The notes: generated by a model not told the origin, from the sequence alone. A stretch of 64,000 nt of DNA from Octopus vulgaris (GCA_951406725.2 OX597824.1:92938001-93002000), one strand, 5' to 3'. Counted from the first letter of the stretch, positions 13,696 to 30,793 are shown. Translations and numbers: made by a program.

Positions 13696-15364
13696 ATTAC
13701 TACACGTAAATGTCTCACACTATGAACACTCTTAAAGTCAAAACTACCATAATAAATATACAGTGTACCGACAGCGAGGGAATGCAACTTGGAAGCCAAC
13801 CCTCAAAAACAGAGTCAGCCGCAAATCCTGATTTCATAGTGTACATAATACACTTTCTAATCGTCGTCGCAGGCTTAATCAAGACAAAAAAATGAACATA
13901 ATTCATCATACTAGACGAACACCAAATGTATCCAACGTAGCACGTAGAAACGTTCACACTTATATATATATGTAAGAGGCTGGCTTTTCATATTGCATTA
14001 TATATATGATGGCTGCAATCTCGTGTTTGAGTATTGTCATTGCTTGATCGAATAGTTCTATACATGTGAAGGCTACAACCAGCCATTTTTGTGATAGGTC
14101 TTAATGTTTTCTTTTTCAAGATTTGCCTGTGCATAATAAATTTTTATGGCGGGGGAAAGAAATCCATATATATATGATGGGCTTCTTTTAGTTTCCGTCT
14201 TTCCAAACCTATTCTCAAGGCTTTTGGCCAGCCGAAACTTATAGTAGAAAAGCGTTACCGGACGTCCCACGCAGTGAAACTGAGCCCAGAATCATGTGAT
14301 ACAGAAGCGAACTCCTTACCACAAAGTCACATCTACGCCTGAGAAGAAGCCAGCGAGAAATGCACTTAATCATAAAGAACGAAATGTGTTGGCAACGACC
14401 TTCATTGAAAACAAAAGCTGCCGCATTCTCCGTTGAAGAAATTGCTAAATTACCAAGTTAGACATTCGCACCGTCTAAGATACGCAAACAAACATATTAT
14501 ATGATTTAAATCCCCGGCATTTCGGCTTTGGTAGTAAAGCTACTTACGGCGTCTAGGTGGTTAGACACTATATAGTAAGTGGTGAGAGTCTAATGACCAG
14601 GGGACTAATGGGAAAAGATAAAACCATAAGCTGTTTCAATGTACGAGCGGAGAAGACAAAAATAAACCATAAAAATTACAATCGTAAAAAGCAGGACATT
14701 CATTTTTCCCTCGGCTGGACCCATAAACGAATCGGTTATGTAAATATATCTCTGGTATTAGAGCTTGTACGTGTGTATTTGTATTTATATGTTGCTTATT
14801 GTGTATATATACGTTTCTGGGAATGTATGTGTGTATGCCTTTGTGTCTATGGTGAGTGTATATTTTGGTGTATTATCGATTGCTATATAGGTGAAAAACA
14901 TAATGTTCGCTAGGTGAGCGCAGGTGTAGTATAAATGTGTGCGTTTGTGTGCTTGAGAGTATGTCCATGTATGTATATAATCTATGTATGTCTGAGTGGG
15001 TATGTATGTTTGGAAGTGTATATACGAGTGTATACATAATTCTGTATGAAACAGTGAAACGTAAATGAAATTCTAAAAGTGGATTGTTTATGATTATTTA
15101 TGGTTGTTTATGATATCACTTAAGGAAAACAACGCAGAGTTTTGGTGTCTCTGTACAGTAGATAGCTTGAGAAACTAGACACACAACGTACAAATGTATT
15201 TAGATATGTGTGCGTTTGTGTGTTTGTATGTGTGTATGTATGTGTAATGCATACATACATATACAAATACATAAAGGCACACAGGAAAAATAGACACACA
15301 TGGTGATTTAATAAACGCCTTCTCTCTATATTGAAATAAACATAATTCTCTTCTATTTCTGAAA

Positions 15365-15735
<371 letters not shown>

Positions 15736-16239
15736 TGCAAGTAAGCACTTATAAGGTGCTCATACATATTAGCATCTATTTACGTGCGTGTATATCCCTA
15801 TGTCTGTTTCAATGGTTACACACACATGCCGTTTTGTCTGAGTGTTTGCTACTCGCTGAGCTCGCATACAAACACAGAAACAACGCGTCTAATACCAATA
15901 CGCAAACTCTAAAGAATATACTAAATTTACGAACTTTATTGAATTAAATATCAGATTTCGTATCATCAGCAAAACCTTTAGATCTTAAAAGCCATAACCC
16001 TTACTGTTTTCCCTGTTGAAATTACAGACCACTTAGTGAGCTAATTTCCACTTGGGTTTCCAACATTAAAATATATACACAACTTGTGTTTGGTCGTAAA
16101 AAGCGCCGCAAGAAAAAATCTTCCTATGAATACCTTTGCCGTTATAAAACTTGGCCTTTCTTGTTATATTATCGAATTTATCTTTTTTCTTCTTCACATC
16201 TATTTCTATTTCTTACACGACATTTTTATTTAATTTAAT

Positions 16240-16276
16240 CACACACACACACATATATATATATTATATATTATGC

Positions 16277-16309
<33 letters not shown>

Positions 16310-16516
16310 CGTGTATGTTTTTGTGTGTGTGTGTATGTATATATGTATACATCTATACATGTATATATATGTTTGTATATGTATATATATACATATTTAT
16401 ATATATACATGTATATATGTATATATGTATATATATACATATATATATACATATATATACATATATATATGCATATATACATGTATATATATATTTATAT
16501 ATGTATATATATACAC

Positions 16517-16574
<58 letters not shown>

Positions 16575-16690
16575 ATATATATATGTAGATATATATATAT
16601 TAATATATATATTTGTATATATATATACATTGCATATATATAAACGAATATATGAGTGTGGGTTTTGTGTGTGTGTGTGTATGTGCTTGA
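16240..16690. repeat. Degenerate (TA)n/(TG)n microsatellite
   Basis: Directly visible. Confidence 0.9.
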
Positions 16691-17782
16691 GTGAGTTTGC
16701 GCACGCGTGAACATACCGTCGCTGTTATTATTTTAAAAGAAAAATTCACCTCAAACAGAATGAAATAAAAACAAAAAAACAACTTTTACTGATAGGTCAA
16801 TCAATACTAAAAATAGAGTAATATCTGTTCGAAAATTAGTTTGAAAATGCGACGATTCCTTTCAAGTAACAACTTGTTGAATCAACAGCGAAACGCTTTA
16901 AAGAGACGGAGAGAAATTAAAAGCCAAATTTTAAGAAAAATCATGTTTAGGTTCTAAACAACAATGGAGCAGAGGTATTTATGAAGGAAAATAAGAGAAA
17001 TCGGAAAAGAAAATACTACCTGATTTATTATTAACTTCGAGTGAATTTCTGTTGAATACGACTACAAGTTAGTTAATAGCAGGTGAATCGGTACAGAGAG
17101 GTACCATGGGTGATGTATTCGTTAAGGATGATCTGGTATATGGTGGAAATACTTGTGTGTTGTTCTTGAATTTATTGAGCAAATGAAGGAAATATTAACA
17201 TAGATTAGAATTGGTATTTTCGGTGTCTGAATTCTATATTTATGTTACTGTGTTCCGCACTTCGTATATATCTATATTATATGCTGGTTATTTTTGTGTG
17301 ACGGTTAATAGTATACGGATGTGTGAGTGTCTTTGAGTATTCGTTTCCTGTTTAGATTCTGGTATGTGTTGGACTTGGTGTCTGTTTGTTCTTAAATGTT
17401 TTCGAATTATGTATTCATGAAAGAATGATCAAATGTATATATTTAAATAAAGTTTTAATTCTGAAATACCTCACTAAAGTACATTCTTTTGATTCTTATT
17501 CTATTAATATATACGAGCTTCTAACTGTATTTACTTATGTACTCTGTATTTGGTGTCAATTTATGTGTGTGCTACACGTGTGTGTGTTTGTATTTGTATG
17601 CGTGTGCTTGTGTATGTGTGTGTGTGTGTTTGTGTGTGTGTAACAGAGATAGAGGTAGGGAGAAAGATAAAATTTGCATTTTTATATATTTAGCTATTTC
17701 CGTGAGATATTAAAAAGCTGATGAAACATTAAAATAGCAATAGCAATATACTCCTCTCTCTCTTTCTCTCTCCCTCACTCTT

Positions 17783-17865
<83 letters not shown>

Positions 17866-18659
17866 GTATATATATACATATATGTATGTATATATACGTG
17901 TACATATATACACACATGAATGTATATATATATATGTACATACATATATATACTGATATATATATATATGTACATACATATATATACTGATATATATATA
18001 TATATATATAAATATGGACATATATATGTGTGTGTGTATGTATGCATATTTCTATGTATAAACAGACACTAGAACGTATAAGCCTGTGTAAGTGCTAACC
18101 TGAAGTATATAGTGTCATATCGAATTATACACACAAACATAAAGAGATACATACATACATACATACATACATACATACAAACACACATACACACAAACAT
18201 AAAGAAATATACACATACATTTATACACACAGACGACAAGCATATGCAAACATATGCATGCGGATATACCTACAATCACAAATCTGTATATTCAAATGGA
18301 TTGAACTAAAGCAACAATGTACGTAAATAACTTTTTTTTTTAAAGACGTTTTCGCTAAATATAAGCAATAAAACGAGATAATTAACAGGCCTCTCAATCC
18401 ATCTAGCAAGCAGGAATTTTTAAGAACTTTTGACGTAAAGAAATACACAAATACTGGTGGAAGATATTATATATTATTATATCAAGATGTATACCTGGTG
18501 TATACCTGAGCACTGTATACAATAATTTCGTTATTATTATTATACTGGGAAATATTATTGTGAGTTAATACAGAAAACATGATACGTTAGGATTTTATTC
18601 TCAGGAAATATATATTCAAAATTTAAATACATTTGCGCACACATACTTATATGTAAATC

Positions 18660-19545
<886 letters not shown>

Positions 19546-20233
19546 ACCCACAAATAGTATAGAGATATATATGAACGGCTCTAGAGGGATTCGTGCTTGA
19601 TTTAAATTTTTCCTGAAGAACTGTTGAGTGTAAATCGCTTGTAATATATCACAATACACAAAAGAGTTTGATGTTTCTTAATGAGGTAAAAGTTACGTAC
19701 ACTGGACGCAGTTTTGTTTACTGTAAATGTGTAATTAGAAGGACGTCGGTATTTATTAATTACAAGAGTTATTTGGGAAAGTTGTATTCGTGTTTCTAAA
19801 CTCTTTGCGGTTACGTGGTCATTATTTCAGTATGTTTAGAAAATATATTTTGGTAAGAGATAAAATTTCAGCATATTTTAGAAGTACCAATTCAACCGAT
19901 TTTTTTCGTTTCTTTTCTCGTATACATAAAAAAGAATATATAAGGATATTTTCATTTGTGACGGTGAATATTGCAAGAATCTCCATGAATGTAGTAAATT
20001 ATGTTCTTGGGCAAGGAACTTTATTTCACGTTGACAGCAGCAACGGAGACTACATACTGGATTTTAATGATAGAATAATCAGACGTGCTTCAAGAGGAAA
20101 CAACTGTTTTACCCTACCTGCCTACACAATATAAATAAGTCTGTATGTGTGTGTTTACATACAGATACTATTAGTTACATACTATGGAAACACAAGAATT
20201 CAGTAGATTTATATATATATATATACTATCGTG

Positions 20234-20569
20234 TGTGAAGGCGCATGGTTCAGTGGTTAGAGCGTCGAACTTAAGATCGGGAGGTTGTGAGTTCGATTCC
20301 CAGACCGGGCTGTGTGCTCTGTTCTTGAGAAAGACATTTTATTTTACATTGCTCCAGTTAACTCAGCTGTAGAAATGAGTTGTGACATAACTAGTGCCAA
20401 ACTATATCGCCCTTTACCTTTACCTTGGATAACATCAGTGGTGTGGAGTGGGGAGACTGGTATGCATGGATAACTGCTGGCCTTCCACAAAAATCTTGCC
20501 CTGACTTGTGCCTCGGAGGGTAACTTTCTAGGCGCAATCCCATGGTCATTCATGACCAAAGTGGGTCTC
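20234..20569 (+). mobile_element. SINE family D (tRNA-derived head, Meta/V-like core)
   Basis: TGGTTCAGTGGTTAGAGCG A box, GAGTTCGATTCCC B box, then TTCTTGAGAAAGACATTTTATTTTACATTGCTCCAGTTAACTCAGCTG. Its 3' end recurs inverted at 45310-45375. Confidence 0.8.
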
Positions 20570-22094
20570 CTCCTCGTATCTTGAGTCTCAAAGCATCCTT
20601 CTAATACACGACATGGCTAGTTTTGAAAAAAAATGATAGGATAGACGCATGAAGATTAATACTGCGTCATGTATGAAAAGTAAACCTTGTTTAAGGTGTA
20701 TGGAAAATAACAAAAGTTTCAATCTTGTGCGTAGACTAGAAAGAATTATTTATGTAGTTTCTACTAACATTTAATTTTGGCAGGTGTTTGTAACTGAGAT
20801 AATTTTAAATCAAAAAATTTGTATCGCAGAAGCGAAGGCAGTCGCAGACGGTTTGGAAATATGGGTGACTGTAGAATGTGGGTCACTTTCAACAAGGCGA
20901 TCCTATCTTTAATAATCTCCCTAAAGCTTTATCCACTGGATTAACAATGTCATATAATTTTAGCAGTAATCCTCGTACCGAAGCGCTGTAAATGAATGAG
21001 ATAAGGAAAAGAAATAAATCAATTAATAGCCTGTAACTGTTCAATAGATATCCGAACAAACACAAAAAGTTGTGTCGTTTATTAGGAACACATAGAAATG
21101 TATTCAGACTTGAACCGCTTAATTCTGTGGAATAACGAGAGAAAGAAAGCAAAACTTAACGAGATAACTGTGAAAATGACTTATTTAAATGCGATACAGA
21201 AAAACTATAATGGCGATTTTTCGTTTCCCAAGTCGATGAAAACTATCTTTATGATCTGTATAAAATTAGTAAACATGATTAACATGTTGAAATTATGCTC
21301 TTCGTATATGTGTTTTTGTCAGTGGGTGTTCGTTGTTAAGTGTGCGCATGTGTGCCTGATCATATATAAATTTTGCTACGTAGGGTCGTTATGTCTGAAT
21401 TACACAGGAAAACACATACGCATATCTATGCTTGTGTGTGTATCTATATATATGTAGCAGATACGAGTGTATTTGCGTGTATGCGCGTATGTGTGTATGT
21501 ATATGCAAAATCATTCTCTTTACAAACACAAGAATTGGTATTTAATATATAAGGTAAACAGAATTAACAACAACGCCGAGCAAACTTATATCTTTCAACA
21601 TGGTTAATGCAATATTTCGAAAGTACTAAGAATATAATCAGCAAATACAGCCTTATAGACATCATACGTACTTGGTATACTTGGTCAAAGCGAGGCTTCA
21701 AAATAATGGGAAGAAGATTTACTCATAATTTTAGATTTAAAATTTAAATTATTTTTTTAAAATGTTTCTGATGGTAGAAGTCAACACCATAGAGTAAAAT
21801 ACCGATATATGAAGACACAGATTATATACAGAAAAAGGTAAATTGCAAGCGAGAGGGGGAAATAGATGAAAATATTACTAGTAGTAAGGGAACATGGAAA
21901 CAGAAAAAAAAACTGAAGGAAAACAGACGATAGATTTAAAGCGGAGAAAAATACATGGGACTTACAAACAAGTAAACCGTTAAATGTGAAAGGATTTGAA
22001 TAAAAACAATGAGATAGGATATGAATAAAGGAAAGGATAAGGATAAATTACACCGGTGAAATAACCCTATAAACCTAAGATAAAAGTTCCGATA

Positions 22095-22281
22095 TTTTAC
22101 GGAAAGGGGTAGTCGATTACGTCGACCCATAATGCTTAACTGGTGGTAATTATTTTATCGACCCTGAAAGAATGAAAGGCAAAGTCGATATTGGTAGAAT
22201 TTGAATTCAGGTGGTAAAAGTCGGGGACATGCCCCTAAGGATTTTGTTCGACGGGATAACAACTCTGCCAGCTCGTCGCCA
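22095..22281 (-). mobile_element. Diverged SINE A copy
   Basis: TTTATCGACCCTGAAAGAATGAAAGGCAAAGTCGA...TCTGCCAGCTCGTCGCC. Confidence 0.8.
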
Positions 22282-23029
22282 TGTTTTATTTCTATATGTT
22301 TAAGAGGGTTTCCGGGAAAACTGAGGAAGAAAAGGTCAGTATGTTACTGTAAAGTGGCGAAATAGGGAGTGCGAAAAGCCATATTGAAGGCACTAGGAAT
22401 GATAAGGAAGCGAGTAGCAGGAGTAATAAAAGAAAAAGAGGAGATGAAAATTAACAAGATGAAAGCAGAGAACAAAATATACATCTGTGTGCGAGCCGGG
22501 AATTGTGTGTGGATGTAGAGCAATTCTTAAATTTGAGACCGTAATCATCCGGAGATTTTTGATAAAATGCTGTACGATTAGGGATTTTAAAATTTTATAG
22601 CCATTTATATTTTACATACTTGATCAGCATGATGCTAATGATTTACTACTGTTGTAATATTCAACGGATTACTTTGTAAAAGTTAATATTTAAAATAAAC
22701 TTAAATAACGGCAGAGCATTGTGAACGAAGCAGAAGAGTGTTAAGTGCTAAGAATTAAAAGTTGCAGATTAAAATACACGTAAATACAACACAAGAAATA
22801 GCCTGAATTAGAAAGCATTTAGTTATGCGGCTCTAGAACGATACTGGACAAGCGATTATCTAGAAAGCTCTGGAAAACATTATTTAAATATGATTAAGCT
22901 TATAGGGATATAGTTTGCAAAATCATCGAGTTCTTTTTCCCGATTACGAGAAGAGAAGTCTGTTTCGCCAGAGTTTGCAGTTCTACAGTGAAATAACTTT
23001 GAACAAGACTTAATATAGACTCAATGGTA

Positions 23030-23415
23030 TGGAAGCACCCCGTCGGTTACGACGACGAGGGTTCCGGTTGATCCGATCAACAGAACAGCCTGCTCGTGAA
23101 ATTAACGTGTAAGTGGCTGAGCATTCCACAGACACGTGTACCCTTAACGTAGTTCTCGGAAATTGTTCAGCGTGACACAGAGAGTGACAAGGCCGGCCCT
23201 TTGAAATACAGGTACAACAGAAACAGGAAGTATGAGTGAGAGAAAGTTGTGGTGAAAGAGTACAGCAGGGATCACCACCATCCCCAGCCGGAGCCTCATG
23301 GAGCTTTAGGTGTTTTCGCTCAATAAACACTCCCAACGCCCGGTCTGGGAATCGAAACCGCGATCCTACGACCGCGAGTCCGCTGCCCTAACCACTGGGC
23401 CATTGCGCCTCCACA
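23030..23415 (-). mobile_element. Full-length SINE family C with 12-bp TSD
   Basis: Reverse complement TGTGGAGGCGCAATGGCCCAGTGGTTAGGGCAG...GGTTTCGATTCCC...GTAACCGACGGGGTGCTTCCA. ACTCAATGGTAT occurs at 23019-23030 and 23415-23426. Confidence 0.95.
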
Positions 23416-23588
23416 CTCAATGGTATAACACCAAATACGATGTAAAGCCCTTCTCGTCCCCTTCTATGCCACTTTATTTATTCTTCACTGTTTACGTCAC
23501 GACACAAAATCATTCATTACCCAAATTCTCGCAAAAGGCCTCAGAACCTACACGTCACCTCCACCAGAATTTTTTTATATATTGTATC

Positions 23589-23919
23589 CAGTGGCGGTCT
23601 GGCCAGGTTGCCAGCTTATCCAATGGCATGTTGGTCCCTCCGCCATTAGAATCCATATAAGGGCGGGGTGCGTTTTAGTATCTAAGGGGCCCATCCCCTC
23701 AAGGTAGTGAATTTTTAATTCACCCCTGGAAGAACGCTTTAAGTATTTCTGCCTGGCTGTGTTTGTAGACAGTTGAAAAGAATACTTTTAACAAAACCAA
23801 AACAAAAAAAAACATTAAATAATTCAATTAAAGTTACGGGTGGCCCCCACCGCTTGTAGTTGCGGGTGGGTCTCCTTAGTCTTCTGGCAACCAGTAATTT
23901 TAGACTCAGTCCACCACTG
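23589..23919. mobile_element. Non-autonomous hAT-superfamily DNA transposon (MITE)
   Basis: Terminal inverted repeats (TIRs) CAGTGGCGGTCTG / CAGTCCACCACTG (11/13 complementary). Perfect 8-bp TSD ATTGTATC at 23581-23588 and 23920-23927. Confidence 0.9.
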
Positions 23920-24214
23920 ATTGTATCCAGTTATATTTCAGCCAACTTCTTTTTCAATGCTTTGACGCTGTTTTCAATATTTCAAAACATGACATTCATA
24001 TTATAATTTTTTTAAGTTTTAGAATGCAAGCATCAATTAAACTTACGCTGTGTAAATGTATAAAAACGATATTAAAAGCAATATAAAATGCATAATTCAT
24101 TTATAATGAAATCCTTATTCGAACGAAAAAAGTGGCAAGAAATACGCTAAGCAATGACAGTGAAAAATGTCCGATTTCAATGGTGGTACATGCATATATT
24201 TACTTTACATGTGT

Positions 24215-24444
24215 ATATAAATGTATGTATGCATGCATGTATGTATGTATGTATGTATGTATGTATGTATGTATGTATGTATGCATGTATGTATGTATGT
24301 ATGTATGTAAGTATGTAGTTATGTATGTATGTATGTATGTGTGTGTGTATGTATTTATGTATGTATGTATATATATATATATGTATGTATTTATGTATGT
24401 ACATATATATATGTATGTATGTATGTATTATGTATTTATGTATG

Positions 24445-24482
<38 letters not shown>

Positions 24483-24663
24483 TGTATGTATGTATGTATG
24501 TTTGTATGTATGTATGTATGTATTTATGTATGTTTGTATATATATATATATATGTATGTTTGTATGTATGTATGTATGTATGTGTGTATGAATGTATGCA
24601 TATGTGTGATTCATGTGTGTATGTGAATATTAGGCTGATAAACACTTTTTCACTAGAATAGAT

Positions 24664-24696
<33 letters not shown>

Positions 24697-25048
24697 ACTA
24701 TATACACGCACAATAGATACATTAATTGATAGATGACACGCACAAATATATATTCATAATGACATATATTATTATGTATATATGTATATATATATATATG
24801 TGTGTGTGTATGTATGTATGTATAGATACACTCACACATACACACACACTCACAGGCATACACACATGCACATACATATATACATACGTACATATGTATG
24901 TAGCAGCTGAAGGAGTAGGTGTAGGGGTGGTAGTGGTGTAATGATCACGAGGAATATGTGAAGTTTGGTCAGGATCATGCTTCAAGGACGGGAAAAGCAA
25001 CAGCAGCTGTAGTAGTAATAGTAGTAATAGTAGTAGTAGTAGTAGTAA

Positions 25049-25093
<45 letters not shown>

Positions 25094-25144
25094 AAGCAGT
25101 AGTAACAGCAGCAACAACGGTAGTTGTAGTAGTAATAGCAGCAA

Positions 25145-25192
<48 letters not shown>

Positions 25193-25233
25193 CTGCAGTA
25201 GTGGTAATGGTAGCTGTAGTACCAGCAGCATTT

Positions 25234-25287
<54 letters not shown>
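24215..25287. repeat. (TATG)n/(TA)n block followed by degenerate (GTA)n at 25010-25287
   Basis: Directly visible; source of the poly-V/L/T/Y ORFs. Confidence 0.9.
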
Positions 25288-25894
25288 AGAGAAGACGAGA
25301 AATAGTGATGACAAAAAATATGTAAGAACAATAATGACAGGAAGAGTAGGAGGTTTTTCCATAAAGAAAGTGAAAACGTGCTCAAGTCGCAGACGAGATA
25401 TATATATATATATATATTTTATATTTTTTTTATCTTTGTTTGGCATAGAATTTGATTTTTTTTTTCTTTTTCGTACAATTTCGAATATAACTGGAATGAA
25501 AGACTTAGACTTACAAACGAACGAGTGAGAAAATAATAGTTTATTATACGACGCTTTCTGCTCTGCCGTTATTGCCATATGTAGGAGAAATTTATATATG
25601 AGCAAATATTGTAGTCTTATTTCAAGTGGAATAAATGCCGTCTCAGACGCTTTCAGTATTATAGTATTATATTTTTGATGTTATATTGGAATTTGTGAAC
25701 AATAGAGTCGTTGATGTACTGGCTTGGTTTCCATGAAACCGATCGCTGGTTGACAGCATTTCTGACAGGAGGCCGTCAGTAACGCGACTTATTTCAATTG
25801 AAGAACACCAGATATTTGACAACGGTAACATCCCTAGTTGTTATATATATACCAGCAAAAGATACAAGTATACAACGTGTGCCTGTTAGTGTAT

Positions 25895-25973
<79 letters not shown>

Positions 25974-26034
25974 CATATATATATACGAATAAATTTTGTA
26001 TGATTCTCTTATTCTTTCATTCATTCTTTCTTTC

Positions 26035-26655
26035 TTTCAGCCCCTTCACACTTCGTTCTTTCCACTCTTCTTTCTTCCCCCCCCCCTCACTCACATTTCC
26101 TGACCTTCCCTTCGTTTTCACCTTCCCTCCTCTTTCACTTCACTCTGTCCCTCTTCATGTTTCTACTCCTCTCCTTTCCTTCCAAGTGACCGGTGTTCGG
26201 CCAAGCCTGGCCTTTCTTTCTTGGTTAGACTACCATCCGTGCAACGTCTATATTCCTCCCAATACCTGTCATCTTATATGTCCCTGCCGTAATGCCTCAC
26301 TTCCACACACGCCAGATTAATTTAATTCGTCCTCAGTCGAAAGACACCTGTTGTTAATATTCTGTTGTTGGCATTTGTATTTGTGTAACATTTCTCCGTA
26401 TTTTTCGTCCTTGTTTTGGTATACATTTGCTGCTTTCTTCCAAGGAATCTAGTACACTTAGCTTAAATTTTCCATGGGAACGGCCAGATTGGAGCAGTCT
26501 CGAGTACAACCAGTCGGAACTGCGAAGATAATGGGGAAGTCGACTGACGAAAGAAGGCTCGGAATGACGCGTCCTTGTTTTTTCTTGTCCCTCTTTTGTA
26601 TCATCTCTCTGTCTGGATGTCTCGTTGTCGTCTGTTGCGTTCTTGTCCTAATTTT
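26035..26655 (+). mobile_element. Repeat family G (pyrimidine-rich, probably a Penelope-like 3' region) ending at a (TA)n array
   Basis: Homologous to 8000-8185 and, inverted, to 26741-26982. Confidence 0.6.
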
Positions 26656-26661
26656 CTATTC

Positions 26662-26726
<65 letters not shown>

Positions 26727-26740
26727 TGAAAGAATAGACA

Positions 26741-26982
26741 ATTTAATCTAACGGCACTAGATACTTTGGAAGAAAGCAGCGAATGTATACGCAAACAAGG
26801 ACGAAAAATACGGAGAAACGTTACGCAAATACAAATGCCAACAACAGGATATGAACAACAGGTGTCTTTCGACTGAGAACGAATTAAATTAAGCTGGCGT
26901 GTGTGAAAGTGAAGCATTACGGCAGGGACATAGGAAATCACAGGCATGGTGAGGAATATAGATGTTGCATGGATGGTAGTCC
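26741..26982 (-). mobile_element. Inverted copy of family G segment 26228-26468
   Basis: For example AACAACAGGTGTCTTTCGACTGAG is the reverse complement of CTCAGTCGAAAGACACCTGTTGTT. Confidence 0.85.
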
Positions 26983-26991
26983 ATATATATG

Positions 26992-27035
<44 letters not shown>

Positions 27036-27329
27036 CAGACAGAGAGAGAGAGAGACAGAGAGAGAGAGATACAAATATAAATTATAGTAAGCAGATAAGC
27101 AGATAGATTGCCATTCATATAGAGATAGTGTGCAAAGGAGAAACGTTAGAGTCAATCTACTTTTGAGGAAAGATTGCAAATATATGGCCGATACAGACGG
27201 CATATTTGTTGCTATTATGTTTAGTAAATGGTTCACGAATAATAAAATTCAATTTTGTAGTAGCAGAAAAATGAATTAAATAATTTAAAAGAGATTAGAC
27301 GAAAAAGACAAAGTAATGTACACGTGTGA

Positions 27330-27740
<411 letters not shown>

Positions 27741-28229
27741 TATGTAAATATTTATGCAGTTATTTGTTTTTAAAATATCTCAGGACTCCATATTGAAACA
27801 CGACGAATTTCAATAAAAAAAATTACAGGCAAATGTGACATCTTAGAAACGTAAAATAGTGAAATTTTATTGAATATTTAATGATTGTTCATAGAAAAAA
27901 TACGAGTAATCTACAGTATAACATTTATGATATTGCAACATTTTTCATTACTCAGCTGAAAAAAAACGTTTCCCAGCCCAAAACAAGAAACGTTTCACAA
28001 TATCTCTTTATTCTTGCAATTAGCAGAGCGTAATATTGTTACAGTCATCCATATCCTAGCTTATGTTTCATAAAACAAACCCCCGTTTTACTAAATATTC
28101 CAGCGTTTATATCATGAAAAACCAGAATTCGTGTCAGTCTGTCCTTCTTGTTTACGCTGTAATGCAACACTTCCTTTCTCAAAGCAAAGACATGTGTGTC
28201 TTTTTGTATATTTGAAGATATGTGTGTGA

Positions 28230-28357
28230 GTGTGAAGGAGCATAGATTAATGGTTAAGGTTTTACACTTACGATTGGGAGATTGTGGGTTCGACTCCCAG
28301 ACCTACCTTTGCGTTGTGTTCTTGAGCAAAGTACTTGATCATTTCGACATCTGACAA
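28230..28357 (+). mobile_element. tRNA-derived SINE head (family H), internally deleted
   Basis: TGGTTAAGG A box and GGGTTCGACTCCC B box, then TTCTTGAGCAAAGTACTT|GATCATTTCGACATCTGAC, shared with 29865-30076. Confidence 0.65.
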
Positions 28358-29457
28358 CGTATATATTTGTGTGTGTGTGTGTGTGTGTGTGCAGATTTGT
28401 ACGTTTTGTTTTATATATGTCTTCTCATGCATATTACTTTAATATCTAGATATAGTTATATACTTGAATCATAAACTTTTGGAAAGTTTTACAGATTTTT
28501 ACAATTCCAGTGATGGATTGAATCTGTAGTCTTCGAATCAGCTTTCTTCATTCTGGTTTTGAGAAGCCTAATTTCTCTAGATTGGTGTTTAGGCATAGTG
28601 AATGCATGTATGTATTTATGTACGTATATTAAGAATGGATTGGATTGCAAAGGGAAGTCTGTGATGAAATATGATATGGTAAGAATTCATATTGATTTTA
28701 AACTCACGATAAACGCAATGAAACATAGAAAAGGTGATTGCATCGTAAGCTATACGAAAAACTTCTAATATAGATCAGATAATTTATCTTCTTGACCACT
28801 GAGGCTAAAGAACGGAGAAGATAAGAATGTTGGGGACAGGATATATAATTAATATTTTAAGAGGAAAATATCAAGCTTATTCAATATAAGAAGAGTAGTA
28901 CATTCTTGAGAAGATATAGTTTCGAAATTTATATCAAGAAAATACTGAAAATAACTTAAACTAAGATAAGATGCAAAACTAATATCAATACTTAAAAAAT
29001 ATAACCCAGCAGAAAGAAAAATAATGCGTGTACGTTGGTATGTACTTAGGACACGTGAATATTCTTCAAATATAACCAAATCGGTGAGAACATATACACA
29101 GAATACACATAGAACGACAAGTCATCATTATGCTTTTACAAACATCTAGTTAACCGACAGTGTATTATAGTGATGTGGCTGAAGTGGTCTTGTAAAGCGA
29201 AATCCCATATATATACACAACATCGGAAATCGTTTTCGCTTAAATCTCAAGTGTCTCTCAGGTATGGTCCCTCATTTCACGTTGATCTATAGATGTTTTA
29301 AGATCAAGTTAATAGCAAACATCCTTAATGGAAATATAGAAAGTTCAGAACAAGCACTGTTACTGATCTCAAGTGATCGGCACAGTCCACCTTTACCAAA
29401 TATGTTTCTTTTTCAAAGCTTCTGCTCTTTATTTATACATTCAGCCTCTAGAAAAGC

Positions 29458-29860
<403 letters not shown>

Positions 29861-29864
29861 CATA

Positions 29865-30076
29865 ATGGACTCTCCCGTCGTTAGACGACGTATGTGGGCT
29901 CGACAATTTGTTACTGAACAACCACACAGTTTATAGTGATCAAATGTTTGTGTAAAGATAAGCTCACTCCCTCCATCAAATCGACATTACCTGTACAGGT
30001 GTAGCGGGTGCCACATGTCAGATTTCGAAATGATCGCAGAGCAACGTTAATGGAAGTGCTTTGTTCAAGAATACAA
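29865..30076 (-). mobile_element. SINE family H body and tail (head missing)
   Basis: Reverse complement TTCTTGAACAAAGCACTTCCATTAACGTTGCTCTGCGATCATTTCGAAATCTGAC. Tail CGTCGTCTAACGACGGGAGAGTCCA resembles the SINE C tail. Confidence 0.6.
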
Positions 30077-30747
30077 AATATATATAAGTCTATATATGTA
30101 TTTATATCTATGTTTATCCATATATATATATATGCATAAATAAAGCTATATATACGTCTATTCCTGCATACATACATATATATATATGTGCACACACACA
30201 CACATATATATATATGTATATATACTTATGCTTGTGGATGTGTGTGATGGATGTGTGTGTGTGTGTGTGTGTGTTTGATGTACAAAGATGTACAAGTTTA
30301 TGATCACCTAATCACCAGATCTCTAACCTACTATTTATATAATTTCGACAGCTCAGGTATTTATTCCTCATAATACCCAATTAACTGCTTTAATTAAGCT
30401 ATTTAATGAGACCCGAATACTTCTATATATCATCGGTTACAGATACTGTTTCATTTCATCGACTGACATACGTACACATAATTAGCCATCGCCTATATGT
30501 GAGAGAGTACGTCTATACACTGACATTACGTCACACTCTTATGCTCCCTTATGTATGTATGTGTATATATATATGTGTGTGTGTGGAGGTGATATACATT
30601 TCACTGCAGTTGTTAACGTTGGCATATATGCATATCTACACCCGAACACCCCGCATACCTAGTCACACACACACATACATAGTAATATATATATATGTGT
30701 ATATATATATATATATGTGTGTGTATATATATATATATATATACATA

Positions 30748-30793
<46 letters not shown>

